Positions 38,315 through 51,650 of a DNA stretch of 64,000 bases are shown in pieces; positions within the stretch are counted from its first letter, which is position 1; the number at the start of each line of letters is the position of its first letter. The notes below the pieces were generated by a model, which was not told the DNA's origin, did not search any database, and worked only from the letters and a program-made list of their open reading frames with translations. The translations under genes and the position numbers were made by a program. Source of the stretch: Octopus sinensis (Eukaryota); the NCBI RefSeq assembly GCF_006345805.1, contig NC_042999.1, positions 137,764,001 through 137,828,000 on the forward strand, read 5' to 3'.

Positions 38315-38640
38315 ATCATCATTTTGCATGTTTTCCATGTTGGCATAGGTTAGACAGTTTGACTGAAACTGATAAGCTGCACCTGGTTCCAGTCTGTTTT
38401 GGTCTGTTTTCTATGGCTGATGCCCTTCCTAATGCCAACCACTCCACAGAGTGTACTGGGTGCCTTTAATGTGTCACTGGCACAGGTGCCTTTTACATGT
38501 CACTGGCACAAGGGCCTTTTATGTGTCACTGGCACAAGTGCCTTTTACGTGTTACTGGCACAAATGCCTTTCATGTGTCACTGGCACAGGTACCTTTCAT
38601 GTGTCCCCAGCATTGGCCACAACTACGATTTCACTAACCT
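38315..38640 (-). mobile_element. RTE 3'-UTR copy with an expanded ~26-bp minisatellite
   Basis: Reverse complement of the same tail. The unit GTGCCTTTTA.GTGTCACTGGCACA is repeated 5-6 times at ~38460-38600. Confidence 0.82.
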
Positions 38641-40171
38641 TGTGCTTTACAAGATGTTATTTCACAATGAATCAGTCTATCAAATGAGCCACAGAGGAAT
38701 GAGTAGACATCTGGCAAAAAGGTCAGTAATTTGCATTGTGACTAGCACTGAACAATAGCTGAGTCCACCAAACTAATTAGATACCACAAACTAGAAATAA
38801 CAAACAGTAAATAATGGCAACACCATAAATTAACATTTTCATTGAATGTTTCACTGAATGTTTCTTAAAATGCCAATTTGAAAACATCAATGAATTTCTT
38901 AATTCTTCAAACAGGTTTCCTATAATCTTTCTATGGGATTCAAAACAACATTTACTCCTACAAGACATAATTTACATGATATATAACTCTAATAGTTATA
39001 TACTCAGACTAAAGCTATGTGTTTGAAATTAACAGGTTTTTGCTTCAGAGTCTAAATAACAAACTTATAAATAAACAACTCACTTAACACAATTTTTGAT
39101 AATTTTTGTTTAGCACAGAGAAAAGTGAATGGCAGAAATGGTAGTGTCCTGGGTTAAATAGATTGTGGTATCTATTTAAACAACGATGATGATGATATTT
39201 AGTTTTTTTCTTTCTACATTCTGAGTTAACATCCAATAAACACATAACTGTTTTCTTTCATCCTACTATGATTTGGAATAGCTTAAATTCAAATCCTACT
39301 GAATGTTGACTTGTGATATGTAACTTTCTCAGTTCATATACATTGACAGTTGACTTCTCTTCTCGTGCCACTGTGATATGTATAATTCCCAGTCACACAC
39401 TGGAGACAATTCAATTACAATCCCTCCCTTACAAATCTGTGATTTTCTGCTAATATAAGAAATCAATATATAAGGGGTAAAGCTAACAATGTAGTGAACA
39501 GAAAAATTTCAATCAATTCAAATTCCACCTGAAATGAAGAGAAAAATCATAAGCATTAATGAAAATTATAACCAAGAAAGTTAAGGGGCACAACTCTGAA
39601 ATACGAATTGATTAAAAACTGATTAGGGACATGCAGTCAGAAGTGAGGAAATGAGAATGATCTTTGTTAAGTAGAGTGACACCTTGAACACACTTCAGTC
39701 TTATATGACCTCCTTAGCAAAGCACAGTTTTATGTGTACTTACCAAAGCTTTAGAAAGACAAAGAATAGAGATTCTGAGTGTAAAACAATCATTAAGTAA
39801 TTTAAAGTGGAAATTTTTGCAAGGATGTATCCTGCATGGAGAACATATAGTTAACTGGGGAGCCAACATATTCAAATGTAGTGAGTTAAAAAAATTAGAC
39901 AAGATGGAAAAATAGCATATTTTTGGTGTTGAATCAGTCAGTTGGTCACATTTATGAATTCAAGGAATGTGCTAAGGAGCTGTTGATCCAACGTAAATAA
40001 CTATAGCTTATTGTTTAGTATCTATACAACTTTTGAAATAAATAAATAGCTGTACTGAATAAGTCAAAAGCCAAGACAAAATATACAGTCCATATCAATA
40101 TGTAATTTTTAATGTTTATTGGAAAATAAGTTATCACAATATTGTGCTTGTGTGTATGATTAAATGATTGA

Positions 40172-40202
<31 letters not shown>

Positions 40203-42849
40203 AGTGAGTGAGTGACAGAGAAACAAAGAAAGAACTAGTGTGTATATATGTGTATGTTGAAAACAGGATTAGTTCATATAGCTTAAAAACTGCACTCTAT
40301 GCAGACTTTTAAGCTAGCTCCTGGAGAGAGCTAAATAGCATGAATATAATATGTTTATAATGACTACGTGCCCCGGTGGTGTTTGATCAGGGGTTAAGGA
40401 CGGATGAGAATTAATTCTGTAATGCAATCATTCTATTGTTCCAGTCCCCCCAAGTTGAATTCCAACTGTTGGCCAATTTTTCCCAAAGTTCTTATCTCGA
40501 TGAAAAATTAACGAAATGAATGTCATTTATCTCCCCCTTAATCTCTGACATCATCTGACAAACAGCAACTAAGATGGTGTCAATCAGCTAAGCTTTGCCT
40601 GCAAAAAATAGCAACCCAAAAGCTTTTAAATCAGATCCCAATGCTGGATGTTCATTGAAGAGCAGATTTTCAATCCCAGTATCATCCTCATTCCAAAAAA
40701 GCATATATCTATGTAGAGCAAATGTAGACTGAGATACAAAGGTCCCAGACAGACAGAATTTTGCAATTATTATTATAGATGTTTTGCTATAAAACAGTGA
40801 AATAATTCCCTGAACATAACTGTCTTCAGGTCCAAGGATTCATAGGGCCAGTTACCCACTTTCCATGGAGTATAAGTGAGCAAGATCACAACATTCTCTC
40901 TGAATGGGATGCTAGTCTGTCACAGAGTTAGTCATTTACAGGTGAGTGGACTGGAGTAACATAAAATGAAGTGTTTGGCTCAAGAATACAACATACTTCC
41001 CAGATTAAATATCTTAACTACAAGCTTATGATTGTGAACACAACACCCTAACTACCAGGCAACATGCTTTCACTGTTTTGCTGCATGTTATATAATAAAC
41101 TTGCTAATTTCTCCATACATTAAAATATAAAATGAATAAAATTTAATATTTTTGAGTTTCATTCATTTAAGTGATTTGTTGTGAGATCATTTGTTGAGAC
41201 TAAAACAATTGCGTCACTACTTTGACGGACCAACTTACAATTAGTATGGTTATCTTATATGTACATTCTATGGCTTAATCACAAATTGTCAAAATTACAT
41301 TTTTAAGCCCCAGGCAATTAAAATTGGGACTTTGAAAACGAATTACATTACACAGTATATAAACTCAATAAAAATGAATTTCCATCAGAACATGTTTTGA
41401 CAACATACAAAACTACTTTCTATTTTTAAAAAGAATATTCAGATGAGAAAATAGAGGATAGAAAAATGAAAATAAAATTCCAGTAGGAAAAGAACATAAA
41501 ATAATAACAAGATACTCAATAAATTAAAAACATAACTAACAAGTGAAAAAAAGCATTCTGCCATCAAATATCAGTAAAGTATTTATAAACTACCTATGAT
41601 ATTTTCAAAGACTCCTCTACTAGAAACATGCATGAACTAGTACAGCATGCAGTATTAAAAATGTTTTAAAATCACTGCATATTTTTGATTCATTATAATT
41701 ACAGACAATACCTGATGTTTTTAAAGAATAACATACACACATATTTATCAAGTAATTTGTGATTTCAGACAATATTTTCAAGAAGTAGATCCAAAACTCT
41801 TATGGAATTAACAACTCATCTTCCAAGGCTTCTAACTTGTCCTTTGTGAAACATTATCAAGAATATTAGTTTGGATAGCACCTTACATAACAGTAAAAGT
41901 ACAATAGTATTCAAAATTCTTTTAGAAGATATTCAAAAACCAATGACTGCTGGTTAAAAATCACTTGTGACAGTACTATCACAACTAAGTGTATCAATGG
42001 CTTCAGTACCCCTACAGACAATTTGAAATCTCATCAATTTTTAAAATCTAGTAGCAAGTTCCACCACATGGCTATAATTGGTAATACTGTGTTTCTAGTA
42101 TACAAGTCAAACCAAGATTTCCAACCAGAAAAAGTAGGTTGACTTATATCTATATGGCTTTGAAGTACCAAAAATTCCATGTTAAATGCATCAGGATTTG
42201 ATAAGATAGTGATGATGTTTGAATATTTACACTACATGTTTACACTATATACTAAGTCAACTTTTATACTGGAAAATATAGTATTGAATTAACAAGGGTG
42301 TTTCTAAGTGGTCATTCAGCCTACTAGAAATAGTAACCAAACCACGCTTAATTCACACTCTACTGTCTCAAAAAATGGTATGGATAGATTGGATAGTATA
42401 ATGATACATTGGATAGTGTAATGATACATTGGATAGTGTAATGATACATGTCTTTAAAAGGACATGAAGGTTATGTCTGGAATACTTTTGATCATAGATC
42501 TATTTAATCAAGTCTGAGCTGAGGTTCAACAACAAGATTCTGATAATAATAGTATTTTTCTTTCATTATGTGTCTGAAATATTCCATATAGAACATTTGC
42601 ATGCTATATCATTCCCTGAAACTATTTCATCTATTACTGCTCTTCTGAGAGACAGTGCTGTCTACTTGGGGAAGCACTGGTTTATATTAATAATTAAAAC
42701 TTAAAAAGTGACAAATAGCTGACCCTATCTAATACATGGAATTTCTGCATGTAATATTAAATTCCTGCCAAAGACACTACAGAGTTTACAGAGTGCCATT
42801 TTCATGACAGGCACATATAATTTGCAAGACAAAAAAAGAGATCCCCTCA

Positions 42850-43660
42850 ACTGAGTGGGGCTGTGGCAGAGAGGGAGGTGGCTTTATGCCAGGTGTTGAG
42901 AAACTAAACTATGACAGACACAGGGGTCTGGCTTTAGAGGAGATATATGGCTGTCTCACATTATATGAAGGTGGGTAGGCGGATAAGTTCATTGGAGTGT
43001 GAGAGGAAAGTAACAGAAGGTTAGAGATGGGGATAGAGGTGGATGTAGTGAAGAGTGCTGAATGGTTAATCAGTATGTAGGAAGGGAAGGGGAAAGAAAT
43101 AGGAATGGCTAGGAAAGGAGGTGATAAGTGGCAGTACAGGAAGGGTAGAAACGAGTAAATAGATAAGAAAATAAGGAGATGATGTGCAGGGTGGTAGGAG
43201 AGACATATGTACAGTGACTGAGATGGATGTCAGAGGTACAAAGGGATGTCTACAGTGAATCATTGACAAAGTTGGGGGAGGTTATCAACAGCTGATATGA
43301 GAGCGTGCTGAGAATGATAGCAGATAAGAATGAATATTAAAGATTAGGCATAGTCCTAAGATGCAGTTCAGAGAGAGAGAGAGAGATAACTGAAGGCTTG
43401 GAAAAGTGTTATTAGTAGATAATAAAGTGGAAAGGGATGATACTAGGAATAAGGGAGGGATTTTAGAAGGAAATAGTGCCAGGAAGAAGGGGAGGCAACT
43501 TGCAGCACACGTGAGGATTAAATATGTGCATATTCCACTCATATGATTATAACAGCTGAATAATGAATACAGATGAGTAGAGGTATGGGTGTTAGGAAGA
43601 GGAGAGGTTGGGAAAGCTTGACAGGGATAGACAGGGTGCCGTTTAAGGGCCCAGTGAGTG
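42850..43660 (-). mobile_element. Probable fragment of a long RTE 3' UTR (purine-rich on the plus strand)
   Basis: Composition mirrors the pyrimidine-rich stretch following the RTE ORF at 45790-46540. Homology was not aligned base by base. Confidence 0.4.
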
Positions 43661-43779
43661 TATAAATATAATGCTTTTAGAGCTTCACTTTTGTCAAAAT
43701 GAACATTTTGAGATCAGTCATTTATATACTTCTTTTAATAACAATTTTAATTCATACATGTGCATAATTATACACACAC

Positions 43780-43819
<40 letters not shown>

Positions 43820-45289
43820 CGGTGTAAGCACGTAAATGTGAAACAAGGTGGAAAAAAAAGTACTCAAATACCAGAAGTAGAGTAATATGCTTTATTTAAA
43901 AGCAGCAGAAATATAATGTGAAACTCTGAGTAACAGCTTGTGTTATATTTCTGCTGCTTTTAAATAAAGTATATATATATATATATATCAGTTTTAACAA
44001 ATCCAGTTTCAACTTTTCTTCAACACATTTTAAAAAAATGGATGAAGTAAAGAAGGACCAATTATATACAACAATGGTAGCAATGACAGAGGTGGTAGGT
44101 GATGGTGACAGCCACAACAATAACAGCAAAAACAACACATTTAATAAACTAATTCCTATTCACTGTGTATTAATATAAATCAATATCTTACTATTTCAGC
44201 ATTCCTAATATTAATGATGTTAAATATATAGCTTTATTTTATTCAGTTAAAAATAAAGACAATGTAAAAACTAAAATAAAAGCATATTCTAGTGCAATCT
44301 GAAGAATGTATTTCCTACATTATTTGTTTTATCACAGGAAGAGAAGAGGAATTTGCACATTATAGCATTTTTACATAGATTATTAGAGATTAGATGGAAC
44401 ATTAGTATTCCTCTCTCTCTCTCTCTCTCATCATTGCTTATATATAAGATTACAACATCAAAATAATTAGAAAACATAAAGGAAAGAACTGAGCCACATA
44501 CAATAACAAGCTACAAGTACAATAGATATAGTTTCAGGCTACTAATAGTGCTTATATTAATAATATAGTGGTGTGAAGATGCTGAAATCATTGTAATGTA
44601 AACCATAGAGATACACAGCTCTTCACATCAGAAGAGTACTTTAAAAAAATTTTCTGTTATGTTTTGTATAGAGAAGTGTGGTATAACTCACAACATCCAG
44701 AAATTTTTTTTAACCTTATCAGTAAGAAACGAACTTAGCATCAAAGAATCTCGAACTGTACATTCTGTTAAATAAGTTTGAAATGTTTGACTCTTGACTT
44801 ACATGCTTGGGTATCTAACATCATTAAAATGGATTGCACACACATAATTGATCATCAATTTTACATAGATTTCTATGCAAACAAACAAAACAATCCCATT
44901 TTCTTACAATAATATTCATACATTCTTTCTTCCTCTCACCCTCTCTTTCTGCCTTTCTCTTGCCTCCCCCCCCCCGTTTACATATCTATCTGTACCAAAA
45001 CACAAAGTAAAAACATGCATACTGAGTTTCATCCTTACACATCAAGAATTCAAATCAATGACTTCAATCATTGTGCTGAGCCAGAATAATATAGCAGGGA
45101 ATATAAATTCAACAGTGAATTATCTGACCCAAGAATTAAAATAGTTAAATATAAAAGGTAAAAATTATTTAAAATAATCATTTATACCAATGGCTAGCAT
45201 GTGTAAGAAAATATCAGTAAACATAAATATTTTTACAATATATATGAGTGTATAAAATTTAGCATGTAAGAAGACCACATAGTGGTCTT

Positions 45290-46258
45290 CTCTCTGTGTA
45301 TAAATTTTATACACCACTCCAGGGGGAGAAACTAGAAGTAGTTGATAGTTTCTGCTACCTTAGTAGTAGAAGTGGATGCTCAGAGAGTTTCACAACTAGA
45401 ATACGAATAGCCTGGGCAAAGTTTAGAAAGCTTCTATTCCTACTGGCGACAAAGGGTCTCTCGCTCAGAGTGAAAGGTAGATTGTATGACGCATGTGTGC
45501 GAACTGCCATGCTTCACAGTAGCAAAACATGGGCTGTGACTGCAGAGGACATGTGTAGGCTTGAAAGAAATGAAGCTAGCATAATCCACTAGCACACACA
45601 ACAGAGTGTAAGCACCCTGAGAGAAATGCTGGACATAAGAAGCATCGGATGTGGTGTGCAAGAGAGACGTTTGTGCTGGTATGGTCATGTACTACAGATG
45701 GGTGAGGAGAGATGTGTGAAGAAGTGCCACTCCCAAACAGTTGAAGGAATCTGGGGTAGAGGTAGACCCAGGAAGACATATATATATGGGTCACTCCCCA
45801 ATCCTGTCCTCTTAACCCTATCTCACTGCATCATTGCTATCTGCTAGCCCCTGACCTGTGTATTCCACCCACACTTAACAAGAAAACTTTTCACACACCA
45901 TACCCCAACAAACCAATCTATATCTTCACATCTTTTCTCTTCCTCACATTTCCTACTTCATGCACTATGCCTAACTCTCACTTCCCAATCTTGTCCTCAC
46001 AGCCCTGTTTTTCTGTATCATTGCTATCTGGTAGCTCCACCCCACTCTATATACTCAGGTTTTCACCACTCACTTCCCCTCACCACTCTCTAATCATGCT
46101 TCTTTGGCAATATCCCACAATTTCAAGGATATGCCCAGGCACTTGCCACCAGCTATACCTATCTCTGCCTTTACTCAACCATCCCATCTATATTCTGATC
46201 CCTGTCCCTTGTGAGTATGCCCAGCACTTTGCTACCATCTCTATCCTGCAGTCTCCCA

Positions 46259-46289
<31 letters not shown>

Positions 46290-46810
46290 CCTTTCTCCTG
46301 CACTTCCGTCAGGTTGGGTAACCAAGTATCTCCTTTGTGGCAGCACACCTGTTTCTGTCCTTATTCCAAATCTCTTTCTCTCTTCAACTGGGTAACCTTG
46401 TACCTTCTCTACAGCAAGACACCAGTTTCTGTCTTTCTGTTGCACTATAACCTTTCATCATCTAACACAAGATCACCTCCTCCAATGCTCCCTCCCCTCT
46501 CAAGAGATTTTTGTCTTGCAAGTTACTTGGTGACCCCGTAACACTTAAAAAGCATCCAGTCCACACTGTAAAGTGGTTGGCATTTGGAAGAGCATCCAGC
46601 TGTAAAAACCTTGCCACAACTGACCTCACCTGTGCTTGTGCTACATAAAAAGCACTAAGTCCACTTTGCTGAGTGGTTAGTGTTAGGAAGGGCATCTAAC
46701 TGTAAAAATCCTGCCAAAACAGACACAGAAATCTGGTGCAGGCTCCTATCAAGCCATCCCACTCATGCCAGCATGTAAGGTGGATGTTAAACGATGGTGA
46801 TCATGATGTA
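45290..46810 (+). mobile_element. RTE-clade LINE 3' portion (RT C-terminus, long 3' UTR and tail)
   Basis: GEKLEVVDSFCYL...RIRIAWAKFR...KGRLYDACVRTAMLHSSKTWA and RRLCWYGHV...GRGRPRKT, then a pyrimidine-rich UTR and GGATGTTAAACGATGGTGAT. Confidence 0.88.
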
Positions 46811-48139
46811 CTGACATGAATGCGTGGTTAAAAAACTCACTTCACAACCACACATCCATTGTGTATAACTATGGGCAAATATCTTCTAGTCTTTGGTCAG
46901 TTTAAACTTTATGAATAAAATTTAGTATGCATATGTATACACACACACACTAAATGGAACTGATGAAATAATAAAAGAGTGTGTATAATGATTCTCTATG
47001 TAAAAGCATATTTAATCTTCATACCATTAATATTTTTAAAACCATATTTAATCTTAATGCAAAATATTAATAATGGCATAATAATTCCAACTAAGCCCCC
47101 TACCAGTTTTGAACTTCTTTAAGAGTCAAAAATGAAATTACCATTTGACTTGCTGACTGTAACATAAAGCAAATGATAAACAGATATAGATCTGTGAAAT
47201 TTTAAGATAAGATTATACAGAATGCAAAGCAGCATGATTATAAACACTGACAGCAAAAACAAGTTAATAAACTGCAAGATAATAAATAATGATTTTATTT
47301 CTTTATTTTTTTTTTGCTTGTTTTTCTGATTTACATCCCCCTAGGCACTGTGAGGAAAGGTGTAAGTCATCCTTAGACCAGAGTCATGGTCCAAATACTT
47401 GCAACAGAGTGGACCCTGTAAAAACACCCAAGGACAAGGTGGTAGTGTATCTTCATGGTTTTAAAAATGATTAGCCATATAACTAGAGAGTTTACGAGTA
47501 ACAAGACTGAAAGGATGTTTGTTTCTCACTGGCCCTTGGCAAAGACACTTAACTTTCATTAAGTATTAGAGTGGCACTAAATAACCCAAGTAAACCCAAG
47601 ACTTTAATTTACAAAAGGCGAAATGGATGTTGTGATATTCATGTCTTATGGTTGTGATGGGAAATGGAGCATTAGTGATGTGATGTAAAATAACTGCAAC
47701 CAGAAACTGAAACTATCAGAGTATCAACTCAATGGGAACTTATTTCTCACCCAATAGCAAGCACTGATCTCAAGTCTTCTTATGGGCTTGAAGAAAGTTA
47801 AGTGCAACTGCCATCATGTATCCTCTCCGGAATCAATGCACAAAGAATTCTTTTGTGGAACTTCAAATGCATCGTAGTTGTACAAGATTTACAGTGTGTA
47901 AGAGTAGGTGTATGTATGGTGGGGGTTATAACTGTGTAGATGTGGAAGGCTGAATGGACAAACGTTTGTGAATATGAGTGGCTATGCATATATATATATG
48001 TGTGTGTGTGTATACTTTTAGACAAAGAAAATAAAACCAAAGGAAAGTAATCCTGATTGAAAAATACCAACTATGTGTTTCTATAGCAACAATTTCAGCA
48101 TCATAACTTTAATTTTAAAAGTATCAAGTAACTACTTAC

Positions 48140-48223
48140 CCGACTAGCAGTGTGAGCCATAGGGTCAGCAGCAGGCACAGTGCTTTTGGCCACTACAGGA
48201 CCAACACTGGGCACTGGTGCTAA
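48140..48223 (-). CDS. Candidate alternative in-frame exon of KICS2 (84 nt, LAPVPSVGPVVAKSTVPAADPMAHTASR)
   Basis: TTTCTCCTATTTACAAG acceptor, CGG|GTAAGT donor, phase 0-0, no stop, 57% GC in an AT-rich intron. No homology support. Confidence 0.55.
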
Positions 48224-48400
48224 CTTGTAAATAGGAGAAATAAGTGGTAAACTACTATTGGAACATTTTCAATCAAGATAAACGTTTTTCTCATTAACAA
48301 TTTAATTATAAGAGGAAAAAAATTACAATGATAAAAATATATAAAGAATACATAAAAGGAACATTCTACCTGAAATGTCATATGTCTCAAATAATAACTC

Positions 48401-48452
<52 letters not shown>

Positions 48453-49954
48453 GCATCTTGGTTGTTAACTTGATTATCTATGTGAAATAATTAAGCAATA
48501 TTTAGATGATACAAGCTGCTTTGTGTTTCCTTGATTGCTGACAATAAGTAAGGAAAAGAGTTTTCAAAAATCAATAAAGGTGTTTGTTTAATTATTAGAT
48601 GGGATTTTATTTATTAGAACACTGTAGCTTCAGGCCATGCAAACTAACGCTTTGACAAAATTCTTTTTAGTCAAGTGAGTTTATTGTCAGCAGCAATGAT
48701 CAAGTGGTTCAAGAAGTCCACTTCGCAACTATCTAGTTTTGTGTTCAATTCCAGCATATGGAATCTAGGGTAACTATCTTTCATGATAGCCTCACATTGA
48801 CCAAAGCTTTGCCAATGAAATATGGTTGATGGAAGTGTATAGAAGCCAGTTTTTGGTTTGTAGGCTGAAACTATGAACCAGCTAATTACAATCAATCACA
48901 ATGCCTTTTGGTTGCTTTTAAGCATCATAGTAGTGTTCAGCCAGGAGATGGATTGAGGTCCATTCTGTTGTGTGCATTCAAAACTAAGAGTCATGTCTGA
49001 GGATAACATCTTCCATTCTTTCTACCAGTCTTGAAGGTTCTGAAAAGGGTCATGGCTATTGCCCATCTTCAGCTGACAAGTTGAACTGCCAGCACATGCA
49101 GCCTATGACAACCATTGTTCAGATTCTGACTGGAACAATGACTGGTCCGAAACCAAACTCAGAGCATCATCTTGCTTTCTCCAGTCCCATAACAGGACTT
49201 GGATTTAACATTACAAGATAGTAATGCATTTATTAACAATGCAGTGCTCCCACTGTTTACAAAGATGAGCATTGTCCACCTTCAACATCTATATATAGCT
49301 ATGTAAATTGGTCCGGAAAAAGTCAAGTGTCAGTGGATATTACATTTGTCTTTCACTTGCTCTTTCTCCCCAATAAACTAGTTTTTTGAGGATCCCATGA
49401 GTTCTATGAAACACCAATATTTTTTCTTCAGTTCTTACCTTTTTAAATCCATCTTTCCGTGCTTGCATAAATAGAATAGTTTTTGTAGAAGTAATTTTGT
49501 AACTAAATGCTTTTCTTACGGAAAACTACCCACTTATGATATAGAAGTAAAACCAACAGTTTACTATAGCAAATAATGATATATAATTCTTCTAGAGTAC
49601 AACACAATGGCTTTAGTAAGATTTTAACTTATGACCATGAGGAGAGTAATTCAACATCTTAATCTCAAAACCATTTCACTTCTATTAAAACATAGATCAA
49701 ATTTGAACAAAATAAAAAAGATTATAAATAGGAATTTTTTTTTAAATCTATAAAAAAAATTTAATTATTAAAAAATATTTTATATTTAATTCCTGATTAT
49801 ACATGTAACCTTAGAATTTATGAAAGACATTTACCAAAGAATGTAGTTTCAGGCTAGAAATGTAATTGGGTCAAAGAGTCAATTCACCAAGAATTTTATC
49901 AATCATTGGTAATTATTTAAAATAATGTTAATTTAATAATAATAATAATGAAAT

Positions 49955-50240
49955 TATTGTACACAGTGCTCAGGTGCACCACAACTTGTCAGAAAGTGCG
50001 TATAAAGTGTATGCAGTAATGTACAAATGTCTGGAAAGCGAACAATGTATGAGTCAGATACATGCTTGTGTGTGTACAGAGGGAAGAAAATCGGGTGTAG
50101 TGTTGGCAAATCTCAGGAAGCATGGAAGTTTTGAAGGATGCAGTGCTCTGACAACTAACAACTGATGCCGGCAGTTTGTTCCATGCTTCAGCAACTCTCA
50201 GCATGTAAAAATGTTTCCTAAAGTCATGGGAGCTGTGCTG
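49955..50240 (-). mobile_element. 3' end of a CR1-like LINE (same family as 5545-6905) with (ATT)n tail
   Basis: HSSHDFRKHF...RVAEAWNKLPASVVSC...SFK; 3' UTR GGTGCACCTGAGCACTGTGTACAATAATTTCATTATTATT. Confidence 0.88.
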
Positions 50241-50429
50241 TCCAATGAGTCCAATGAAATTATTGGACATGAGTCCAATGAAATTATTCCTTATTTGCAA
50301 TGGGAAAAAAAGCCAATAGGCTTGTGTGCTGCAAGAAACTGTATGTTTTGATGTTTCAGACAAGACCCTTTTGCTAAGAAACAAAAAGTTATGGAAACGT
50401 AAACACATCAGCACCAATTTTCAAGGGGG

Positions 50430-50630
50430 GGGGGGGTAAACACAGGCACAAAGACACAAATACACATGTATGACAGGCTTCTTTCAGTTTCCATCAACCA
50501 AATCCACTCACAAGGCTTTGATCGGCCCAGAGCTATAGTAGAAAACACTTGCCCAAGATGCCATGCAGCAGGACTGAACCCAGAGCCATATGGTTGGGAA
50601 GCAAGGTTCTTACCATACAGCCATGCCTGC
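50430..50630 (-). mobile_element. Family B CORE-SINE 5' half
   Basis: Reverse complement of the tRNA-like head (GGTTCAGTCC) and CTTGGGCAAGTGTTTTCTACTATAGC core. Confidence 0.85.
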
Positions 50631-50635
50631 ACAAG

Positions 50636-50870
50636 GCATAGGTGTGGTTGTGTGATAAGAAGTTTGCTTCTCAACGACAGAGTCTCAGGATCGTTCTCAC
50701 TGAGTAGCATGTTGGGTTAGTGTCTACTATAGCTCCTGGTCAATCAAAGGATTTGGTAGATGGAAACTATAAGAGGATTTGGTAGATGGAAACTAAAAAA
50801 AGCCTGGTGCATATATCTGTTTGTGTGTGAGTGTTTGTTACTGTCTCCTGGCCTTGACTTTATGTGATAC
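50636..50870 (+). mobile_element. Degenerate family B SINE, head-to-head with the previous copy
   Basis: GGCATAGGTGTGGTTGTGTGATAAGAAGTTTGCTT...GTGTCTACTATAGC...GGATTTGGTAGATGGAAACT. Confidence 0.75.
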
Positions 50871-51211
50871 TTGCGAGCCAATCACGATCATGGAAGTGGT
50901 GTCCTTCATTTCCAATCTTCTGTGAAAACATATCTTGTCATGGGAAAAATTATGTTGCTTGGAAACAGAAGAGGGATGGGAACAGGAAAGTCTGCCTCAA
51001 CAAATTCCGTCAAATCCATGCAAGCATGGAAAAGTGGATATTAAACAATGATGATATATATGTCAGGGAGCTTGCTTCCTAGCTACATGGTATCAGGTTC
51101 AGTCACACCGTGTGGCACTTTGGGCAAGTGTCTTCTGCTATAGACCCGGGCCAACCAAAGCTTTGTGATTGAATTTGGTAGGCGGAAGTTACTGCCGTGT
51201 GTGTAGGTGTT

Positions 51212-51244
<33 letters not shown>

Positions 51245-51650
51245 GGGAAGGCATTTGAAAATACACAAAATAATTTCTTTTTGTTTAGAATTTTCTTTTC
51301 TCTCAGACAAAGGGTCAATCCTGAAACATCAGACTCTTTCCTTATCCAAACTCAGGAATGAATAATGATGCCAATGCACCCTAACATTAGTGTTAGTGTT
51401 AAGTGTAACCAGTCTGCTCCAGTACCTATTCAATGAATTAAAATGTAAATGACTGAGACTTCAACAGAGACTTGGGACTCTAATATAATCCTCAGACAGA
51501 AATCAACATAAAGCGTTTCATGATAAAAATGTTCCTTTGCATCACATGTATAAATTATATTTTTTGAAACATAAGAATTTTCTTAAAATGAAAAATAAGC
51601 AAGTTTTTATTTTTTTTAATATTAGAAAAAAAAAAAAGAATTTTGTTTAC

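Noticed and set aside
38460-38600. CRISPR-like array (also the ~20-bp x3 repeat at ~42390-42450)
   Set aside because: Tandem units without unique spacers, embedded in eukaryotic retroposon sequence, with no cas genes.
39744-39831. 88-nt segment with good splice signals in intron 5
   Set aside because: It hits a stop in the phase required after exon 5, and no frame resembles KICS2.
40370-40760. Coding-looking unique stretch
   Set aside because: All frames contain stops and I could not recognise any motif; probably an old unidentified repeat.
49433-49510. Strong AAG|GTAAGA donor in intron 5
   Set aside because: The nearby acceptors give 23 or 64 nt, neither frame-preserving.
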